From Lawsonibacter sp. (lineage in GTDB: Bacteria; Bacillota; Clostridia; Oscillospirales; Oscillospiraceae): a stretch of DNA of 56,364 nt. Made by a program: the position numbers and the translations under genes. The notes beneath the pieces were generated by a model. It had not been told where the DNA came from. It worked only from the letters and a program-made list of their open reading frames with translations, and ran no database searches. Where the stretch lies: the NCBI GenBank assembly GCA_045591745.1, contig JAZNTL010000120.1, positions 1-56,364 on the forward strand, written 5' to 3'. This document shows, one piece after another, positions 50,376 to 56,364 of the stretch; position 1 is the stretch's first letter; the number at the start of each line of letters is the position of its first letter.

Positions 50376-50414
50376 GCGGGCATGATGGAATTGGTAGACA
50401 TGCGAGATTTAGGT
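50376..50414 (+). pseudogene. 5' half of host tRNA-Leu(UAG), disrupted at the anticodon loop (element junction)
   Basis: gcgggcatgatggaattggtagacatgcgagatttaggt is followed by non-tRNA sequence. A promoter TTGACT-N17-TATCAT is at 50338-50366. Confidence 0.85.
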
Positions 50415-50497
50415 GCTGTCACCTCAGTGAAGGTTTTTTCTGGCGCATAATCATGATATAATTAAAACAGCCGGTGCTTGGCACCGGCTCCATATCT

Positions 50498-50582
50498 GCG
50501 GGTATGGCGGAATTGGCAGACGTGCAGGATTTAGGTTCCTGTGCCGCAAGGCGTGTGGGTTCGACCCCCACTACCCGTACCA
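50498..50582 (+). tRNA. tRNA-Leu (UAG)
   Basis: 85 nt, with D-loop GGAATTGGCAGA, anticodon arm cagga-tttaggt-tcctg, a long variable arm, GGTTCGAC T-loop and an encoded CCA. Confidence 0.95.
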
Positions 50583-50629
50583 AATAAAGGACTCGTTTTC
50601 GACACTTTTACGAAAACGAGTCCTTTATT
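50583..50629 (+). terminator. Perfect 19-bp inverted repeat after the tRNA
   Basis: aataaaggactcgttttcg-N9-cgaaaacgagtcctttatt. Confidence 0.65.
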
Positions 50630-50695
50630 AATGTGTTCAGGATTGTTTTTTGCGTCCATGTGCGATATGCTAAATGGAAGAGGTGATATTAAATA

Positions 50696-51598
50696 ATGAT
50701 TAGATTAACCGATTTTGATAAAAAGACACCTGATCCCGTCGAAATAGAATACCTTACATCTGTTTCTGGCGATATCCCTGTATATGAGATACACTCGTTT
50801 CATTCACTTACGCAGTTTATAGGCTTTGGAAAGTATTTAAATAGGGATTCTGGAAATGTGTATTTGCGTGGGCAAACAGATCTCTATAACGGAGTATTAA
50901 CACCATCGGCGTTAAGAGGAAACAAGAATCGCAAAACAAAAGTTGTGGAGCCACTTAATTGCGAAAAACGCATTAGCGATTATAAACACAATATTGCACT
51001 AAGCCTTAAAAACACAAAAAATTTCTGCGACCGCGATCCCGATATCGTGGAGCCTTTATTGCAACATTACGGTGTAAAGACATATTGGTTAGATATCGTT
51101 GACAATGTATGGATTGCATTATGGTTTGCACTTCATGAAACAGCCTCAACTATAATAGACAATCGTGAGTACATACATATCTTTGAAAACGATGAAAGTA
51201 AGTATGCCTATATATTTTTAATCGGTTGTGATGCAACAAAAGAATCCCAAACACAACCTGGCCTTTACGAAGGTACATCTTCTGTCGTAGTCGATCTAAG
51301 AAAAGCCATTCCTTCTTATTTTTTAAGGCCACACGCCCAACATGCACTTATGGTAAAGAAGCGTGGGGAACATTCATCATTTATGGATTATTCAGATACG
51401 ATAATTGCTATCGCTAAAGTATCTGTAGCCGACGGACTGAAATGGATTGGACAGACTGGATTAATGTCAGTACAAAGTCTGTTCCCGCCTCCATATTATG
51501 ATACTGGCTATGCAAGTTTGTTGAATGAATATCGAAACCAGAAAGCATATATTAATTTCGTAAAACAGTTTGGTTCCATTCAAAATATTTCTTATTGA
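50696..51598 (+). CDS. FRG domain-containing protein
   Basis: VYLRGQ...LTPSALR, LLQHYGVKTYWLD...NVWIALWFA and RPHAQ follow the FRG motif order; GAGGTG RBS. Confidence 0.85.
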   Translation: MIRLTDFDKKTPDPVEIEYLTSVSGDIPVYEIHSFHSLTQFIGFGKYLNRDSGNVYLRGQTDLYNGVLTPSALRGNKNRKTKVVEPLNCEKRISDYKHNIALSLKNTKNFCDRDPDIVEPLLQHYGVKTYWLDIVDNVWIALWFALHETASTIIDNREYIHIFENDESKYAYIFLIGCDATKESQTQPGLYEGTSSVVVDLRKAIPSYFLRPHAQHALMVKKRGEHSSFMDYSDTIIAIAKVSVADGLKWIGQTGLMSVQSLFPPPYYDTGYASLLNEYRNQKAYINFVKQFGSIQNISY

Positions 51599-51655
51599 GT
51601 CTTTTCTCAATAATCAGAACAGTGTTTCTCTTAAATGGCAATCTTGGCGCAGTGC

Positions 51656-51771
51656 TTCCATCACGATGTATTTATCCCTCCAATATCTGAACTTTCCCCT
51701 GTAATTGTAGAATATGGGTGTTGAGGACCAACTTCCTCGACACCCATATTTTGCATCTGGTCCTGTTTTTT
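51656..51771 (-). repeat. Degenerate copy of the recombinase 3' end (53803-53926) containing a 19-bp palindrome
   Basis: WVSRKLVLNTHILQLQGKVQILE aligns with the recombinase WALRKPILDAHILSLQEKVLEFE. The hairpin is at 51709-51752. Confidence 0.8.
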
Positions 51772-51806
51772 GAGTGGTGTATTCAACTGCGCCCACTCTT
51801 TCCTCG

Positions 51807-53123
51807 TCAACAGGAACTTATAGGCACATCAATTCTGCACCTGGCCACGCAGACATTGTTTTTTACCAGATAGCATTCTACATAGTGCGGGCCGAAAAAG
51901 CTCGTCCGCTCATTGTGATGATCTCGATTGGTCAAAGAAACCTGCCCGCGAATACAATCCCGCCGTTCAGCTTCAGCACCAATATTTCGCACCTTCCAAT
52001 AAATAAAGTAGGGCGGCGGACAATCTGTGCTTTTGATAAAAAAGTCGAGTTTTTTATTCCGACTTAACCAGCCGCCACCGCTGCGAAGAAACTGTAGCAA
52101 AAAGAAATCCCGCCACCCATCTTGTGAGACTTTACAGTCAATTTGCAAAGAATATCGTATATCCACTGGAAACATATGTTCAATAAACTCCTCAGTGGTT
52201 CTATAACTGTACTGGGCAAATTCTTTCAACACCCGATTCTCAGGAGAAGAAAACTGCTCCGAACCAAACAGTTTTTGGAGAACGGTTTCAATTCCTTCCG
52301 ATTTTTTGATTGCAGAGTTTAATTCATCATATGCGCTTTTCGCTTTTGATACAAATGCTCCGTTATCCGAATTATAAACTTTCTGATTGCTACCGACGGC
52401 AAACCAATAACTCTGATCCTTATCCAATCCCTTTAAGTATTCAAAGAGATTATCAAGAATCGTTATATAGTCGCCATAGCTTGTGTCTGCATAGTAATCA
52501 TTGGCAACGAAATGATTATATACAAGAGTATCAATTAGTAATCCACCAAAGGCGAAACCAATATTATTTTTCCAGCTTCGCATCATGTGGCAAAAGTCGT
52601 AATATAACCCCTCCGACTCAGAATTGCACGCTTCACATTCATCCTGCTCGCTAAGGGGATCTGTTGTCTTCCAAGACCCTCCATCATGAGTATCCGGGTA
52701 TTTGAACCGATCATCGCTCTGCTTGAATCCTGGTACAAGTTCGACAGTATATTTTGTGAATTCAATTACAACAACCTGTCCATCTCCACGCATCTTTGTA
52801 TTTGGATACCGCTCTTTTAACACTGCTTTTATGTCCTGCAGTAGTTGGGACTGCCCATTTGACTCATAGGCATTATATTTTTGGTACACGCTATCTGGCA
52901 AATCAAATATAATGTCCAGATCACTACTCCCTTTAATCGCGGTGTTGCGGCCTACCGACCCCACAACATACAGGTGGGATACCGTGTCTTTATCAATGTC
53001 ATAGTAGTGCTTGTTTAACTTTTTGGCAATCTCACCCGCAGTAGTCTGCATCTCGGAAAGATTGTCTAAACGTATTGCTTCACAGAATGATTTGAAATCA
53101 TCCGCCATACTCATGGGAGTCAT
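51807..53123 (-). CDS. SMODS / cGAS-DncV-like nucleotidyltransferase (CD-NTase) with C-terminal AGS-C domain
   Basis: VVGSVGRNTAIKGSSDLD (GS..R.T...SDxD), GQVVVIEF, VELVP, PDTHDGGSWKTTDP. The C-terminal YWKVRN...IRGQ...ERTSFFGPHYVECY...RIDVPI is AGS-C-like. Confidence 0.88.
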   Translation of the reverse strand: MTPMSMADDFKSFCEAIRLDNLSEMQTTAGEIAKKLNKHYYDIDKDTVSHLYVVGSVGRNTAIKGSSDLDIIFDLPDSVYQKYNAYESNGQSQLLQDIKAVLKERYPNTKMRGDGQVVVIEFTKYTVELVPGFKQSDDRFKYPDTHDGGSWKTTDPLSEQDECEACNSESEGLYYDFCHMMRSWKNNIGFAFGGLLIDTLVYNHFVANDYYADTSYGDYITILDNLFEYLKGLDKDQSYWFAVGSNQKVYNSDNGAFVSKAKSAYDELNSAIKKSEGIETVLQKLFGSEQFSSPENRVLKEFAQYSYRTTEEFIEHMFPVDIRYSLQIDCKVSQDGWRDFFLLQFLRSGGGWLSRNKKLDFFIKSTDCPPPYFIYWKVRNIGAEAERRDCIRGQVSLTNRDHHNERTSFFGPHYVECYLVKNNVCVARCRIDVPISSC

Positions 53124-53682
53124 CTGCCTTTCTCAGCGCTTCCGGAAGATATGAATCAATTTCTTCATCGGAAAACGTATTGTCTTTCTGAACATTAAGG
53201 GCTACCCTTGCCTTTTCTACTGCCTTATCCGTAGCCGCTGGTGCCTCCGCATAAATCTTATGAAGTCTGCTCGTCAATTCCTCGTACTTTGAAAACAGAA
53301 CATCAGGAGACTCTTTTTTCATCCGAATTTGTAAAATCAGTGTAATTAGCTCATCTCTAATTGCCAAGGTATCCGCAGCTGACTTTTTATGCGCAGTAGT
53401 CATTGTCTTTAAATCAAACGATTTAAAGAAGGCACTTACAAAAATGGAAACAAAAGATATAAGCGCAGAAACCAATTTAACCCACAATGCGTCCGTGAAA
53501 ACCAGCGACACAATACCAGCAGAAGTTAAAGATGCTGCCCATATTTTTGCGGTTTCCATGCGACGATATCTGTTAGTATAGATATCTGCCTGTTTCTCTT
53601 GGATTTTATGGGACCACACAACGCCACCATAGGTATTGCGAACAGTTGACTCAAGATAGTCATACCCAGTCAAGTTTTCCAT
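53098..53682 (-). CDS. SLATT domain 2-TM effector
   Basis: YGGVVWSHKIQEKQAD, two TM helices, HKKSA...IRD and a TFSDEEIDSYLP..LR tail; overlaps the CD-NTase start. Confidence 0.85.
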   Translation of the reverse strand: MENLTGYDYLESTVRNTYGGVVWSHKIQEKQADIYTNRYRRMETAKIWAASLTSAGIVSLVFTDALWVKLVSALISFVSIFVSAFFKSFDLKTMTTAHKKSAADTLAIRDELITLILQIRMKKESPDVLFSKYEELTSRLHKIYAEAPAATDKAVEKARVALNVQKDNTFSDEEIDSYLPEALRKADDSHEYGG

Positions 53683-53721
53683 ACCAAAACTCACACTCCA
53701 TAGCTAATAATATATGGTTAT

Positions 53722-53750
53722 ATTATACCATATCTTGGAGAAGTTTTCAA
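53722..53750 (-). promoter_or_regulatory. Sigma-A promoter of the SLATT-CD-NTase operon
   Basis: TTGAAA-N17-TATAAT with an extended -10 TG. Confidence 0.65.
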
Positions 53751-53772
53751 TACAGCCACACAACATACTGTG

Positions 53773-55053
53773 TCAATTGTAAACAGCGCCTACAAATATT
53801 TTTTCCATCACAATTTCATCTATCTCCTGCTCAAACTCCAGCACTTTCTCCTGCAATGACAAAATGTGGGCGTCGAGGATTGGTTTCCTCAACGCCCACA
53901 TTTTCTGCATTTGCACCAGTTTTTCCAGTTCCTCGGTGCACTGCTCCCGCACAGCTTCAGCATACTCCTGAACCGCTATATCCAATACCTCCTCATGAAT
54001 TCGATGGGAAGTGCAATAGGTTTTTCCGTTCCGGTGATACCCACAGCACACATATTCCACGCGGCGTTTGCCGTTCCAGTAGCGAATCATGGGGATGAAC
54101 ACATTGCCGCATCCCTGGCAGGTCAGCAGGTCCGCATAGCGGTGCTTAGATTGGTTCCCGTTCGCAGGTCGTGACTGCTGCTTGAGCAATTCCTGTACCT
54201 GTGCCCATTCATCTTTCTCTATGATAACCGGGAAGAAGTTTTCGTGACGATACCATTCTTTTTCACCGAGCCGTTTGACCTTACCATCGTTGGTTTCACT
54301 ACGGTGGTTGTTCAGCACGCCGGTGTATGCTTCCTCTTTCAGCACATTCTTCACGCTGGCATATGTCCAGAGGAACTGACCATCACGGGTTTTGTGCGTG
54401 TGCTGAACCTCTCTGCCGCACCGCTCGGCCCGGAGCTGCGCCGGTGTTTTTCGTCCCTGAGTGTTGAGCCGCCGTGCAATCTCTTTCTGCCCACACCCCT
54501 GCAAGTACAGAGAATAGATAATCTGCACCGTGACCGCCGCTTCCGCGTCGACCTTGATCTGTCCGGTATTCTTGTCCTTCCAGTACCCGAAGGGCGGCGT
54601 GATCACGATGCCTGCTTTCTGCTTTTGCCGATACCCGGCACGGATCTTCTTACCGATATCCTTTGCGTAATAGTCATTCATCAGTCCTCGGATGCCGATG
54701 ACCAAATCGTCCTCGTCCCGGAAAGTATCCACGCCCTCGGTAACGGACAGGACACGCACATTGCGCTCGCGCAAGTAGTCAATGAACAGTGCCGTTTGTG
54801 TCCTGTGGCGGCCAAGCCGGGACAAATCTTTTATGATGACCGCATCAATTTTACCAGCATCAACAACCGCCGTGAGCTCATCCAGCCCACGGCGGTTGAA
54901 TTTCATTCCACTCACGTTGTCATCAGAGGATTCACCAACGATGCGGTGTCCTTGGGCATCGGCAAACACCCGACAGATATTCCACTGATTGATGAGAGAG
55001 TTCTGCTCTGGGTCATCATCGTTGGACAGGCGGTAGTACAGCCAGACTCTCAT
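53773..55053 (-). CDS. Large serine recombinase
   Basis: Catalytic motif YYRLS, DDNVSG, KDLSRLGR, a recombinase domain (PFGY...IARRLN) and a zinc ribbon CQGC...C...C. Confidence 0.93.
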   Translation of the reverse strand: MRVWLYYRLSNDDDPEQNSLINQWNICRVFADAQGHRIVGESSDDNVSGMKFNRRGLDELTAVVDAGKIDAVIIKDLSRLGRHRTQTALFIDYLRERNVRVLSVTEGVDTFRDEDDLVIGIRGLMNDYYAKDIGKKIRAGYRQKQKAGIVITPPFGYWKDKNTGQIKVDAEAAVTVQIIYSLYLQGCGQKEIARRLNTQGRKTPAQLRAERCGREVQHTHKTRDGQFLWTYASVKNVLKEEAYTGVLNNHRSETNDGKVKRLGEKEWYRHENFFPVIIEKDEWAQVQELLKQQSRPANGNQSKHRYADLLTCQGCGNVFIPMIRYWNGKRRVEYVCCGYHRNGKTYCTSHRIHEEVLDIAVQEYAEAVREQCTEELEKLVQMQKMWALRKPILDAHILSLQEKVLEFEQEIDEIVMEKIFVGAVYN

Positions 55054-56363
55054 GCACCCACCTCCCAGAACTCTTTTCCGAGGATAGCTCCCAGACGGTC
55101 GTAGTCATAGTTCCATGCGCTCCACGACTCGGTGACATCACCGTTTTCGTAGGTTTGACCGTGTGTCCGGAAGGGAGCCTTGAGGTGAATGTCCACATTC
55201 AGCTTGCCATCCTGCTCGGTGATATAGATCTTCTCCACCAGCAGCCGCAGGTTGGCCTCGGAGATATACCCTTCCGCAAGAATGTCATCCATCAGGCTGA
55301 TGTCCCGTTTCAGAGTTGCCTGCCGCTTTTTCAATGCGGCATCCAGATTCTCCAGTTCGGATATCTGTCTTTTGATTGCCGCAATGTCTTCCTCCCGCTT
55401 CTGGATCATGCGGTCGTAGCGTTCGGCATTTGCCTTCTCCCGGATCCGTTCCATGAGGATAACCTCCATTTCTTCTTCCAGCGATTCGATTTTTGTATTC
55501 AGCTTTCGGAGCTGCTCCACCGTTTTCACCTGCTGGGGTATCCAGTGGTCGAGCATCTTTTGCAGGTTGTACCAGTTCCGCTCATACAACCGTTTCGTGT
55601 TTTTCAGTTCCTCCATGATGAGGTGGTCCAGCAGTTCCTCTCGGATCACATGGGAGGAACAGTGTTCCTTGCCGTATCGCAAATAGGTGTCGCAGATGTA
55701 TTCCACCCGCTCACGCTCTTTCAGCTTGACGCGCTTGCCCACAAAGGTGCGGCCGCAGTCATCGCAGCGGAGCAGACCGCTGTAGCGCAGGATGGGACGG
55801 TCCTCTCCCGCACGGACATTCACCTCTTTTCGCTGTGCCAGCAGGCTCTGCACTTCCTGCCACACATCCTTTGAGACGATGGGCGGGAAGAAATTCTCGT
55901 GTCGGAATTGCTCCTCCGGCTCGGTGAAGCGGAATGTCTTATTGATCTTGCTACGCTCACTTTTGTGACAGATCAGCGTTCCGATGTACGACTCATCCCG
56001 TAGGATGCGGGAGACCATGGTGGAGTCCCAGATGTTTTTCTTGCGGATGTGGTCTTGGGTGTTGGGCTGCCGTTTCTGCAGCAGTTCCACCTGAATCTGG
56101 GCGGGCGTTTTCCGCTTCTCCTCATTCAGTCTTCTGGCGATGGACTTCATACCGCAACCGGACACATACAGAGAGTAGATCAGGCGGACAGTTTCAGCGG
56201 CATCCTCCACGGGACGCCTGACGCAGTCCGAGCCGGACAGCACCGTTTCAAACTCACTTCTACTCAGATGCCTTAAGTCCTGCTTTTTCTGTGCCTGTTC
56301 CCGTTTCCGATCCTGCTCCAGGAAGTCTGCGACCTCCTTTGGCACCGATACTTGCTCACCGTT
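55050..56363 (-). CDS. Serine recombinase C-terminal part (recombinase, Zn ribbon, coiled coil) fused to an unrelated N-terminus; no catalytic domain in the window
   Basis: AAETVRLIYSLY...IARRLN, YIGTL and CDDCG are present, but YxRxS and SRxxR are absent. The frame is open to the window edge and has an ATGA overlap with the next recombinase. Confidence 0.8.
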   Translation of the reverse strand, partial: NGEQVSVPKEVADFLEQDRKREQAQKKQDLRHLSRSEFETVLSGSDCVRRPVEDAAETVRLIYSLYVSGCGMKSIARRLNEEKRKTPAQIQVELLQKRQPNTQDHIRKKNIWDSTMVSRILRDESYIGTLICHKSERSKINKTFRFTEPEEQFRHENFFPPIVSKDVWQEVQSLLAQRKEVNVRAGEDRPILRYSGLLRCDDCGRTFVGKRVKLKERERVEYICDTYLRYGKEHCSSHVIREELLDHLIMEELKNTKRLYERNWYNLQKMLDHWIPQQVKTVEQLRKLNTKIESLEEEMEVILMERIREKANAERYDRMIQKREEDIAAIKRQISELENLDAALKKRQATLKRDISLMDDILAEGYISEANLRLLVEKIYITEQDGKLNVDIHLKAPFRTHGQTYENGDVTESWSAWNYDYDRLGAILGKEFWEVGA

Positions 56364-56364
56364 G

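Larger units (their letters stand above)
50415..56364. mobile_element. Serine-recombinase integrative element with defence cargo (continues beyond the window)
   Basis: Begins at the split tRNA, carries AT-rich cargo genes and two tandem serine recombinase genes. Confidence 0.8.

Noticed and set aside
50376-50582. Intron-containing tRNA or a simple tandem duplication
   Set aside because: The downstream tRNA is complete by itself and differs from the 5' fragment at many positions; the spacer has no intron features.
51614-51796. 60-aa ORF as a third CBASS gene
   Set aside because: It overlies the frameshifted copy of the recombinase 3' end and has no recognisable motif.
1-56364. CRISPR array or cas genes
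   Set aside because: No regularly spaced direct repeats seen; the repeats here are dispersed palindromes.

Overview
GC-rich Bacillota chromosome segment that looks like Oscillospiraceae. From 1 to about 50.4 kb it is mostly core genome: pheT, mreB, comF, recD2, uvrA/uvrB with a LexA box, radC, pyrE, rnc-acpP-plsX-trmFO-topA-dprA, a Ktr/Trk pair, a CDF transporter, lysS, greA, a TAXI-TRAP transporter, intact sigK, a two-gene 2-oxoacid:ferredoxin oxidoreductase, uxaC, and pflAB behind a ZMP/ZTP riboswitch. This core is interspersed with REP-like palindromes, IS200/IS605 remnants and small XRE/Arc regulator genes. From about 50.4 kb to the window end there is an integrative element. It has split a host tRNA-Leu(UAG) at the anticodon loop and carries a different, complete tRNA-Leu(UAG). 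Its AT-rich cargo is an FRG-domain gene plus a CBASS-like operon (SLATT effector and SMODS/CD-NTase fused to AGS-C), next to two serine recombinase genes. The CBASS-like operon is bracketed by two diverged copies of the recombinase 3' end, each holding a 19-bp palindrome with compensatory changes, which may be a cassette boundary. All calls come from reading motifs by eye; no database searches were run.
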